A DNA stretch of 62,097 bases, filler included, from Barthelona sp. PAP020 (taxonomy: Eukaryota), in NCBI GenBank assembly GCA_040182905.1. It is 2 parts of 2 records of this genome, joined end to end, with 100 filler letters (N's around TTAATTAATTAA, not from the genome) between each part and the next. Parts side by side here need not be neighbours in the genome. Positions count along the whole stretch, not along the records: positions 31,111 to 62,097 come from JARQWU010000110.1; 1 more part is not named here. One strand, given 5' to 3'. A model generated the notes under the pieces. That model did no database searches. It was not told the origin of the DNA and saw only the letters and a program-made list of their open reading frames with translations. This document shows positions 39,341 to 51,100 of the stretch, one piece after another. A program made the position numbers and the translations under genes. How positions within the stretch are numbered: the stretch's first letter is position 1; each line of letters opens with the position of its first letter.

Positions 39341-39591
39341 ATATTAAAATTACGTGCATTATAAATACTACCTCTTTTTTTCATTTATAATTTTTTTTTT
39401 TCTGCAGCTTGAAGAAGTGATGAATTTGTATCAATGGATGTAAGAGTTGATGTCTTTTTTTTAATAGCAATCAATCGATCATCTTTGTTTTATTCTCAAT
39501 TTTGAACTTTTTTAAGGAAATTTTTACATTTGGGAAAAAAGAAAATAATGGAAATTTACAACAAAATGGTATTGTCAAGTGATACTATGAA

Positions 39592-40221
39592 TCACCAAAA
39601 AAAATTAAAAAATAAAACAATAGTTGTGATAATAACCCCACAAATAAAGGCCAACATGTCTTGTCTGTATCTTTTTCTTATTGTGTTTACTGTACTTCCG
39701 AAAGATGTTAACTTATCACTCATATCTAACATCTTTCCATATATTCTATTCATTTGATCCCTTTGAACAACCATACGACCCAAAGAACCTAAAGCAGACT
39801 TCTCAAATTCATCAATGTCTTTATTTATTCTTTGTAAACGTTGTTGCATTTTTTTTTGTTCAAACTCATTTTTTTTTGATGGACTTATACCATTGAATAA
39901 TAAGTCTCTCTCTTTTTTCACATCGTTTCTGCTCTTATGATCATTTTCTAAAACCTCATGATCAAATTTACATTTCATCAATTTTTCTTTTAATTTATCC
40001 TTTTTTAACAACCAAACTTCATAATCTTCTGAATCACTCGATTTTTCAATAGATTCATTAAATTCGTTGATTTCAGCCATTAGCTGTCTTAAAATTTCAT
40101 TACAATTCCAAATTTCTCTCCCAATATCGTCTTTTAAAGCTTTATCACGAAGTTCATCCATCAAGTTGGACATATTTTCAAGTTCATTATAAATTATGTT
40201 GTATTGTCGTTGTAAATTCAT
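39592..40221 (-). CDS. Qb-SNARE, membrin/Bos1 (GOSR2)-like
   Basis: Helical N-domain, ERDLLF motif, SNARE motif with central Q (MVVQRDQM), IRKRYRQD and a C-terminal TM anchor. Confidence 0.8.
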   Translation of the reverse strand: MNLQRQYNIIYNELENMSNLMDELRDKALKDDIGREIWNCNEILRQLMAEINEFNESIEKSSDSEDYEVWLLKKDKLKEKLMKCKFDHEVLENDHKSRNDVKKERDLLFNGISPSKKNEFEQKKMQQRLQRINKDIDEFEKSALGSLGRMVVQRDQMNRIYGKMLDMSDKLTSFGSTVNTIRKRYRQDMLAFICGVIITTIVLFFNFFW

Positions 40222-40572
40222 TCAAATGCTGATTTCTATTTTGATGCAACCCACAAAATTAAAATAAAAACACTGTTGCTGATAAATATTAACAATAAAT
40301 CATTTTTCTACTTCGACCTAATTTCTTTTTCTTGTAAATTATTGATGTAAAATTACTATCTTTTACAAAATCAACCAGTGTTTTCGTTTGGAAAATGGTA
40401 TACAATGAAATATTGCAAATTATCCAAAATTTATAAAGAAGAATTTAATCAAAAAGAAAAAGAAATAAATATTCATGTGTGCAATTTAGACAAATCAGTA
40501 AAAAAGTCAACAAAAAAAAAAGAGCTCACAGGTTTCAATTTTTAATTTTTTTCTTTATTTACATTATTTACA

Positions 40573-41673
40573 ATGGATCAAGATGAATTTGGTGTGGAAG
40601 ATACTTTCCGTATTCATGTTTCGAATTTACCTTCAAACATAACTGAGGGAGATTTGGATAAGGTTTTTCAAGAAAGTGGAAAAATTAAAAGTATTCAAAT
40701 TATCCGCAATGGTGGTGAATGTTATGCTTTTATACATTTTTGTACTGAAGAAGCAAGAAGACATGCTTTACAAACTTTTAATTTGACCACTATCAAAGGC
40801 AAATTGGTTACTGCTAAATCTGGTGATACTAATACCCATTTATATATTGGAAATATCCCTAATAATGTGACAATTACTGAGATTGAAGAATTGGTTCATG
40901 AGACTTTGAAAAACTCTACTTCATTGATTTCTTGCGATTTAAAAGAACATGGATATGGGTTTTTAGAGTTTGGTTCTGCTAGATTAGCCTCTGATAGTTT
41001 GGAAAAATTGCAAAATCTTCGTGTTGGTGACGTTGAATTGGAGATAAAGGAAGCTAAAGAAAAAAATAAGATTAGTCAGAAAATAGTAAATGTATCTACC
41101 CCTCATGAGAGACGTGATGTTTTTGTTGATAATTTACCTATTGATATTACAGAAGCACAAGTAAAATCGATTTTTGGAGAGTTTGGTACTATTTTGAGAC
41201 TTGAAATGAAAAGTTCCAAGAAACCACAACCAAGGTCATTTGCTTTTATTGAATTTGAAACTGCTGCTGAAGCTAATGCTGCAAGAGTTGAAATGAGTGA
41301 TCAACTTGTTGAAGGAAGACGAGTAAAGACTGGTTTTGTTAAAGACAAGTCGAATCAAGCTCAAAATAGACAAAGAATGCAACAACAACAAAGGAACTAC
41401 AACCAAAGAAATCCACAACAACAAGGAATGTATGGACAAAGTTATCCACCACAACCCCAACAACAAAATTACATGAGGGGACCATCTCAACGTGGTAATA
41501 GTCCATATTATCAAAATAACGATTACCCATATTCACAAAGCAATTATCCAACACCAGATATGAATTATCAACAACAACGAAATCGTCAACAACCACAATA
41601 TCGTCAACAACAACAATATCGCCAACAGCCACAACATCAACATCATCAACAACACATGCCACCTCCATTTTGA
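40573..41673 (+). CDS. RNA-binding protein with three RRMs and a Q/Y/N/P-rich low-complexity tail
   Basis: RNP2/RNP1 pairs IHVSNL/CYAFIHF, LYIGNI/GYGFLEF and VFVDNL/SFAFIEF; about 100-aa Gln/Tyr-rich C-terminus. Confidence 0.9.
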   Translation: MDQDEFGVEDTFRIHVSNLPSNITEGDLDKVFQESGKIKSIQIIRNGGECYAFIHFCTEEARRHALQTFNLTTIKGKLVTAKSGDTNTHLYIGNIPNNVTITEIEELVHETLKNSTSLISCDLKEHGYGFLEFGSARLASDSLEKLQNLRVGDVELEIKEAKEKNKISQKIVNVSTPHERRDVFVDNLPIDITEAQVKSIFGEFGTILRLEMKSSKKPQPRSFAFIEFETAAEANAARVEMSDQLVEGRRVKTGFVKDKSNQAQNRQRMQQQQRNYNQRNPQQQGMYGQSYPPQPQQQNYMRGPSQRGNSPYYQNNDYPYSQSNYPTPDMNYQQQRNRQQPQYRQQQQYRQQPQHQHHQQHMPPPF

Positions 41674-41883
41674 GGTTTTTTGTTTTTTTTTTTTAAATTT
41701 TGTTTATAGTTTTTGTATAAGTAGTGTTTTCAATATAAATACATATTTTTATTGTTTTATACATTAAAATGACTTGACTTGACAACAAAAGAAAAAAATA
41801 AATGAGTTACATGCTTTATTTTTATATTAAACATACATAAAAAGACTAAAAATGAAAATGAAAGAAAACAAGAAAGAATCATC

Positions 41884-42111
41884 TCATGATAACACTTCAA
41901 TAAATGTAATGGCGTTACCTCTAATAACAGTGACTCCAATATGTGTTTCATTTGTAGGGTCAGCTTTTGAGGACATAATTGCATCACGAATAGTTAAGTT
42001 TGGAAATTCATCAAATCCAACCAAAATTCCACAAATATAATTTTCATTATTTAAAGATATTCGAACTGTTTTTTTCAAATATGTTTGAAGTTGAGGTAAA
42101 GGTAAAGACAT
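41884..42111 (-). CDS. SNRPG: Sm protein G (snRNP core), 75 aa; ATG at 42111
   Basis: PQLQTYLKK...LN...GILVGFDEFPNL...IGVTVIRGNAITFIEVL matches the SmG pattern (LSm7/8 not excluded). Confidence 0.78.
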   Translation of the reverse strand: MSLPLPQLQTYLKKTVRISLNNENYICGILVGFDEFPNLTIRDAIMSSKADPTNETHIGVTVIRGNAITFIEVLS

Positions 42112-42197
42112 TTGAACACAACAAAAAAAAATGTTGAACTTTGAAGGAAGAATGGAATTCAAAATTCTTAAATCAAAAACATTTTTTTTTATATTCA

Positions 42198-45100
42198 ATG
42201 GCACTTCAATGGCTTAAAGCCAAAGTGTGCAAGAACTTAAACATAGATGAAGAAATATTTGACAATTGTATAGATAGAATAGATGATGTTGACATAGCGC
42301 TGAAATCATTTTTTGACAAAGGTTTACTTATCTTTGTTAAATCTGAAATTGGTGATCTAAGGTTCTATTATACTACTGATTTTCCAATGGTTACTGATTC
42401 TAGTCATCTTATGTATTTTATCAATCGTTCAGAAGAAACAATAACAAATGATTCTTTTACTGATGAAGAAGAACCTCTTATTGAATTTGGACATTTAGCC
42501 GGTCCTCCTTTAATGATGTTAGAAAATTATTTATCCCAATTGTATGGGCCTTCTTTAGAAGCCTTAAAGTTTGACAGTCAAATGAAAGGAGAAATACATG
42601 AAGAAGCTGCTGAATTATTTTCTGCTGTTTGTAGATTCTCTGGACAAGTCCAACAAATCATTTCACAAATTTCCTCAAATAATGTATTGTTTGTACCTGA
42701 TATTGAGATAGATAATCCCAATATTGCTTCTCAGAATGAGGATACTGTTGAAATGTTAATCAAAGTGATTGGGGAATGGAAACAAAATATTATCACATTG
42801 AATAAACAACAAAATGAATTGATTCCCAATGGCAATGGTCCTATTGCTGAGCTTAATTATTGGAGAAATCGTGCTTCCGCTTTTTCTGTTGTTTACGAAC
42901 AATTGTCTGTTCCTAAAATTCAAAAAATGATTGCTACCGTTGATAATGCAGGCAAATTAGATATTATGTTCAAACATCACATGGAATCATTGACTATGAA
43001 TTATCTTGAAGCTGTTGATAATGTTAAATTTTTAAACACATTGGATCGACATTTTAATCTGTTGAATCAAGGTGAATTAAGTCAATTTTTGGAGACTTTA
43101 CCTCAATTATTGAATGCTTTGAAGATGGTCTGGATTATATCTAGACACTACAATACTGATGAAAAGATGAGGCCTCTATTATGTAGAATTTCATGGCAAA
43201 TATGTAAACGTGTGTATGATACTGTACAACCCTTCAAATTGTTCTATTCTTTCAATATAGAAGATCCAGATGCTTCTTTAGATGTTTTGAATGAAGCTAT
43301 GAATAAATTAAAGGAGGCTGAACAAGTTTTAAACAAATGGCGCACATCATACGATGATGTTAGGAAAGAGATTGAAAAAACTGGCAGAAATATGCGCTGG
43401 GAATTCCATCAAGTAACAAAGAATCAAACACATTTGAATAGTGAGTTTCAGACATTATTTGACGAACCTCAATATACGGCTAAAAAATGTGACGAACTTG
43501 TAAACATTTGTTCCATTGTATATTCATTCCGTTGTTTGTTGAGTGGAGAATTGAAAGAAGTTACTGGTGCAGTAGAAGAAATTGATATTACTAGAGTTAG
43601 AGTGAACAAATTATTGACTCCTTTTATTGATTGTAATTTTAACGTATTTGATCGTAAGAACAGTTCATTATTTGCTGATCTAAAAAACGATTTTGATAAA
43701 GAAGTGAAAGTTTTAGAAAGATCCATTAAACTCTTAATTGACCAATCTTTCAGCAAATTAAGGTCAACACAAGGAGCATTTAAATTGTTGCAAAATTTTT
43801 TAAAACTTCGAAGTTTCAGTGATTCTATTACTAAGCAATTAGAAACAAAGAAATTAACTATTTTGGATCAATATTTAACTGAAGTAGCGTTAACTCGGGA
43901 ATTATTTCAACAACATAAGGATAATCCACCTCTATCTCTGAATACTCCACCTGTTGCAGGAACAATTATTTGGGCTAGAAAATTATATCAACGATTAAAG
44001 AAACCCATACTTTGTTTCAATGAATCGGAAGGATTTGAAAAGTCAGAGAAGGGAAAGATTGTCCGTCAAGCATATTTTGACGCTGCAAAAGAAATGAGAG
44101 ATTTTGAAAATGATTTATTCAACCGATGGAAGACTGAAGCTGAACAGATAGCCTTATTGTCTTTGAAACAGAGTTTGCTAGCTAAAGATGATTTCAGCTA
44201 TCGAATTAATTTTGCTGAAGAACTTCAACAAATAATTGATGAAACCAAACATTTGGATAATCTTGGATTTGCAAAATTAAGTGGATCCTCTTCCAGTGCT
44301 TCTTCTTCTTCTACTGCTACAGATAACGATGGAGAATCTGGATTAATTTTCAAAGTTAGTCTTCAAGAAAGAAAATATCTTGAGATCAAGGAATCTTTGG
44401 GTCAATCTATTGAGTTTTACAATTCTATGATGGACGAATTGACACCATTGGAAAGGGTTGTTTTCAGTAAGGAAATTGACAGAATACATGTTGTATTTGA
44501 TAAGGGATGTGGTGATGGATTAAATTGGTCTTCTTTATGTATACAAGAATACATTGTTGAATTGAGAAAAGAGCTTAGTGAATTTACGGCTACTATACAT
44601 AGATGTAAAAAGGTTATTTTTGATGTTGATACGATTGTCAAAGAGATTGGAGAGGTTCAATTATTACAATTTGAGAATTTTGCTAAACATTTCCATATCA
44701 AGCATGAAAGCACTGGCAATTATTTATTTAAGAATGTTGATGTATCCATCTTAGATAAAAGGTTGTTAGACATTCAAGAATTATATGAAATCTGGAATAC
44801 TAAGATTAAAGAGCAATCCGTTTTATTGAAAGAGAAGTATTTACAATTGCCTGCATTATTGGTTAAATTGGAAGATCAAATGTTTGGAGTACAAACTGGT
44901 AGACATGAAAATTTAACACGACTATATGAACATTATGAAGTTTGTTTATTCGAATCCGTTACTCAAATGATATTCAAGACTTTAATAGAATTTCATGATT
45001 TAATTTCTCGCACAAATAAGGAATTTCCTATATTTAAAGCTCAAGCAACATTAGCAGGAAGTGAAGTCATATTGAGTCCCCAATGGGTTGATTTTGAAAA

Positions 45101-48100
45101 GTACACAAATCTTCTTATTAAAGATATTTTAAATATCACCAGATTATTCATTCGTTGGGAATCAGGAACTTGTTTAGCAGCTAAACCTATTGTTATTATT
45201 GATAATTTGGAAGTTGAACGTGAATTGCAAGTTAGTTTCTACGAAGATATCATCAAGAATGAGGATATTTTGAATGTTTGTACAAAAATTCCCTTATATT
45301 TATATAAAACAGAAGAAGAGGTTATCAAATTCACAAAGAGATGGCATAAATATGATTATCTATGGAATCGAACCAAACATGGTGTTATTAAGAAATTAAA
45401 GACAAAGAATTTGACATTGACTCAATTTGATCGTCTATTAAGCAAATATACCACTACTATTGAAGAAGTAATGGATCTACCAACCACTAAACAAGCTGGT
45501 ATTATTTTGATTGTTACTACAAATATCGTTAATTCGATTATCTCATATTCTAAGGATTGGATACATACGTTATGTGAGTATATTCATGAATTATCAAAAG
45601 ATAAATTGGATTCTTTCAATTCTAAATTGATTTATTATGATGAAGAGATATCTCAAGAAGCAGATACAATTGATTCTTTAAAACATATATTGATAGCTAT
45701 TCAAGAGATAAAACAATCACATGTTGAATTTCAAGAGCGTCGGGAAATAATCGAGAATCTTTATTTACTTTTAGAGAGTTATTCTTTTGAAGTTGAAGAA
45801 AAGGAGAAAAAGATTGTCTTTGGTTTTAAAAAGCAAGTTGAGGATCTATTTGCAAGTTGTATTTCCATTGAAAGCAATTTAACTGATACCATGAATCATT
45901 TTAAAAAGTTAACGAGTGAGGAAGTCATTAGTTTTGAAGCAATTATCACCGGATTTGCACAACGTTTTAAAAATAGTGGTCCTGGTCATCCTGATATTAA
46001 TTTAAGTGAAGGTTTATCCACTTTAAAGAAAATGTCAACTGAAGTTGAACAATTGACTGTAAAGAGAGATGATTTAATTTTGAGTCAAAAGTTATTCGAT
46101 TTAGACATTGTTGCTTTTAGAGATTTAGTTAAAATTAACAAAGATATATCTAATTTAACAATAATTTACAGTGTATATGAGGATGTATTTTCTTCAATAG
46201 AGACTTGGTCTCAAATATTATGGCGTAAACTTGATGTTGTTGAAATTCAAACCAGCGTTGAGGATTATTTAAAACGAGTTAAGAAATTGGGAAAAACAGA
46301 TCCTCAACTAACAGATTATCCACCTTTTAAAAAGGTTGAAAAATTGCTAGTTGATTTTGGAAACTCATTACCTTTGATGGAGTACTTGAAGTCTGAATCT
46401 TTGAGACCTAGACACTGGCAACAATTGATGAAATTAACTGGACAGACTTTTGATTCCACGGATCCAAATTTTACATTGGGCCGAGTTTTCGCTATGGAAT
46501 TACATCGTTTTGAAGAACACATACTGGAAATTCATTCCACTTCTCAAAGAGAATTGCAAATTGAAAAAGGTTTGGAGGAAGTCATAAAGGTTTGGAGAGA
46601 CATGGAATTTGAATTGGGTCAATATAAAAAGAATGGTGAAACTAGAGGTACTGTTCTGAGATCAATCGAACCTATTCAATTACAGTTAGAAGAAAATCTT
46701 ACAACTCTTCAATCAATTCAAGCTTCCAGATATGTTTCATATTTCTTGTCCAAAGTACAAGAATGGGAACGGAAATTATCTCTGGTTGATGAAGTGTCCA
46801 ACATGTGGTTGGCAGTTCAATTGAAATGGATATATTTGGAAGGTATTTTCTTAGGAACTGAGGATATTCGTAATCAATTACCAGAGGAAACTGATCAATT
46901 TGAAACCATTGATAAGGCTTGGAAACAAGTCATGACCTCATGTGAAAAGGATCCTAACGTTTTAAAAGCTTGTTCTTATCCAAACAGACTTCAATCCCTT
47001 CAAGAAATTGCTAAAGGATTGGACAAATGTCAAAAATCGTTGAGTGAATACCTTGACACAAAGAGAACTGCTTTCCCCAGATTCTATTTCATTTCTGATG
47101 ATGAATTATTGTCTATTTTGGGTACAGATGATACTCATAATGTACAACAGCATATGATTAAGTTATATGGGAATGTTAAATCTTTGATTTTTGGAGAAGG
47201 AGCCAAGAGAGATGTTGTTATTGGTATGACATCATCTGAGGGAGAATCTTTCAATTTTGTTGAAGAAATTCTCGCTGAAGGTGTTGTTGAATCATGGATG
47301 GATGATGTGGATGCTATGATGAAATTAACTTTGCACACTTTGATGAAACAAGGTGTATATGAGTATGGGTCAAGGTCTACTGGTATGAGTTCTCGTAGTG
47401 ATTGGGTTCTGGCAGTTTTAGGAATGATCAGTTTGACTGGTAGTCAGATATGGTGGACAAAAGAGGTTGAAATGGCTTTCAAATCAATTCAAAAAGGCAA
47501 TAAATATGCAATGAAGCGGTTGTTGGAAGATCAAGATGCTCAATTGAATGATTTGGTAAGAATCATAAGATCTGATCTTTCCAAGTTGGCACGAAAGAAA
47601 ATCAATACTCTTATAGTCATGGATGTCCATGCTAGAGATCTTGTTCAAAGATTTGTCGTTAATTCTGTTGTTTCTGAAGACGATTTTGAATGGGAGAGTC
47701 AATTGCGTTTTTATTGGGATAGAAGGCAAGACGATGTTGTTGTTATGCAATGTAATGGTGTTTTTGAGTATGGTTACGAGTATCAAGGATTGTCTTCCAG
47801 ATTGGTTATTACACCATTAACGGATAGATGTTATATGACAATGACTCAAGCGTTATCCATGAGATTAGGAGGTTCTCCTGCTGGTCCTGCTGGTACTGGT
47901 AAAACTGAAACCGTTAAAGATTTGGCAAAATCACTTGGTATTCTTTGTATGGTTACCAATTGTGGTGAAGGTTTGGATCATTTTGCAATGTCTCAAAATT
48001 TTGCTGGTTTAGTTGAAACTGGTGCTTGGGGATGTTTTGATGAATTTAATCGTATTGAGCCTGAAGTTTTATCCGTTGTGTCCGAGCAAATTAAGACCAT

Positions 48101-51100
48101 TCAAAGAGCTATGCTTCAAAAAAGAAAGAGTTTCCATTTCGTTGGAAGAGACATCAAGTTGGATTTAAAAGCTGGTATCTTTATCACGATGAATCCTGGT
48201 TATGCTGGTCGTACTGAGTTACCTGATAATTTGAAAGCATTATTTAGACCTTGTACTATGGTTGTGCCTGATTTGCAACAAATTTCTGAAATTATGCTTT
48301 ATTCTGAAGGATTCACCAGTTCAAAAACATTAGCCAGAAAGATGGTTGTGTTATACAGATTGGCACAAGAACAATTGAGTAAACAACACCATTATGATTT
48401 TGGTTTAAGAGCATTGAAGTCAGTCTTGGTAATGGCAGGAGCTCTAAAACGTGGAGAACCTGATATGGATGAAGAGACTGTGTTAATGAGAGCGTTAAGA
48501 GATATGAATCAACCAAAGTTCATTCATGATGATGTGCCATTATTTAAGGGTTTGATTTCTGATCTATTCCCTCGTTTGTCTGCACCACGAGTTAGATATG
48601 ATGATTTGGCTGATGCAGTTGAAGCTTCAATGAATGATAAGGGATACATCCTTAAGGATACTCAAATAGATAAAGTAATCCAATTATACGAAACTATGTT
48701 GACAAGACATGCTTCTATGGTTGTTGGACCTACCTGTGGTGGTAAGAGTGTTGTTATTGAAACATTAGCCAATGCTCAAACACGTTTGGGTGTTGTTACT
48801 AAAATTCACAGAATATCCCCTAAAGCACAAACTGTTTTAGAGTTGTATGGTGTGTTAGATCCAAATACTCGTGATTGGAAGGATGGTTTATTGTCAAATA
48901 TTTTCCGTCAAGCTAATAAGCCATTACCTTCTGAAAAAGAAGGACGTGAGCGTAGATACATCTTATTTGATGGTGATGTTGATGCAGTATGGATTGAATC
49001 TATGAATTCAGTTGCAGATGATAACAAAATTTTGACCTTACCCAATTCTGAACGTATTTATTTGGCATCTCATTGTGCATTGTTGTTTGAAGTTGGCGAT
49101 TTACAATATGCTTCTCCTGCTACTGTTTCTAGATGTGGTATGGTTTATGTTGATCCTAAGGACTTAAGATATGAGCCATATTTCTTAAAGTGGTTGAATG
49201 CCCAAAATGCTCAGTTAATTGATCAATTTAGACAATTATATGATAAATATGTCGATAAATTGATTGATTGGATGTTTGATGGTGTTATTGGTGATATCAT
49301 TTCAACCCCTCCAAGTACCGTTATTGTTACAAATGAGTTGTCAATAATTTCTCAATTATGTTGTCAGTTAGACTGCATTTTAAGTGAATGGAAAGATAAT
49401 TTAGATCCAGAAGTAATCGAGTCTATATTTATTTTTGCTTTGGTATGGTCATTTGGTGCTTTATTGGATGAAACTGGTCGTAAGAAGTTTGAACAATTAT
49501 TACGAAAGATTTCTGGTCGTTCTGTTGTTGGAACTACCAGGGATGGAGCTGTTGCTGCGATGGATTTACCTGGAGACGATCAAAATACGATTTTTGAGTT
49601 CATGTTCTCTTTGGAATCATTTTCATGGAGACCTTGGACCGTTTTTGTTGAAGATTATAAGCCTCCCAGACCATTCAAATTTTCAGAAATTCTTGTTCCA
49701 ACTGTTGATACTGTTCGTAGTCAATGGTGGTTAGATGCTAATATTAAGGCAGAAAAACCTGTTTGTTTTATTGGTGGTTCAGGTACAGCTAAAACGGTTA
49801 CTGTTCAAAAATACTTGTCCTCTGCATATGTACCTCAAGATAAGACTCAAGTGCTTCAAATCAATTTCTCAAGCAGAACTACTTCTTTGGATTTGCAAAG
49901 AACCTTGGAAGAAAATGTTGATCCCAGATCTTCCAGTGTTTATGGTCCTCCTCATGGAAAAACTCTTAAAATTTTCCTTGATGATCTAAACATGCCCAAG
50001 ATTGATATCTACGGTACTCAACAACCTATTGCACTGTTGAAATTGTTGTTAGAACATAATGGTATGTATCTCAGAGAAGATCCTCACACGTGGATTACTT
50101 TGAAGGACATTGATTGGATTGGAGCAATGGCACCTCCTGGAGGTGGTCGAAATGTTGTGGATCCCAGATTCATGTCTCTCTTTAACATCTATCATGTGTT
50201 ATTCCCTTCAAATACTTCATTGAAACACATTTATGAATCTATTTTGAACAGCCATTTGGCACCCTTTCAGGAAGATGTTCAACAATTGACACAATTGATA
50301 TCTTCGGTGACTCTTGAATTTTATCAGGCAATTGTGCAACAATTACCAGCTACTCCAGCAAAATTCCATTATATTTTTAACCTTCGTGATATTTCACGAG
50401 TTTTTGAAGGGTTATGCTTGTCTACTGTTGATAAGTTTGGAGAAAGTGAAGGCATTTTAAGATTATGGAGACATGAAATGTTAAGAGTTTTCCACGACCG
50501 TTTAGTTGATTCTCATGATCGTTCCTTTGTTAAAACGAAGTTAGATTCAATGATTGGCCGTAACTTTATGGATAAGGCTGACAAAGTAACTAAAGCTGAT
50601 ATCATGTGTGGTTCTTTCATGAATATTGACGATGAAGGACATTTGATGAAGCCTTTGATGTATGAACCCATTGAATCATTTGATTCAATGAGTCAAATTG
50701 TTGATAGGTACTTAGAAGTATATAATGAAGAACATAAGACCAATCAAATGAATTTAGTTATGTTTGATGACGCTTTGAAACATTTGGCTCGTATTTTGAG
50801 AATAATTCAGATGCCTAGAGGAAATTCGTTGCTCATTGGAGTTGGTGGTTCAGGAAAACAATCATTAACAAGATTGGCTGCTCACATAGCTGGGTTTGAA
50901 TTGTTTGAAATTACCCTATCAAGAGGTTATGATGAAATTGAGTTCAGGAATGATTTGAAAGTATTGTATCAAAAATTGGGAGTGGAAAACAAGCAAATTG
51001 TGTTTTTGTTTACTGATGGCCATGTTGTTAATGATTCCTTTTTGGAATTAATCAATAACATTTTAACTACTGGTATTGTACCTGCATTATTTACTGAAGA

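Noticed and set aside
39390..39445. Polypyrimidine-CAG 3' splice site or C-box (GTGATGA) downstream of the dymeclin-like gene
   Set aside because: No ACTAAY branch point or usable donor matching the two supported introns, and no D box for a C/D snoRNA.
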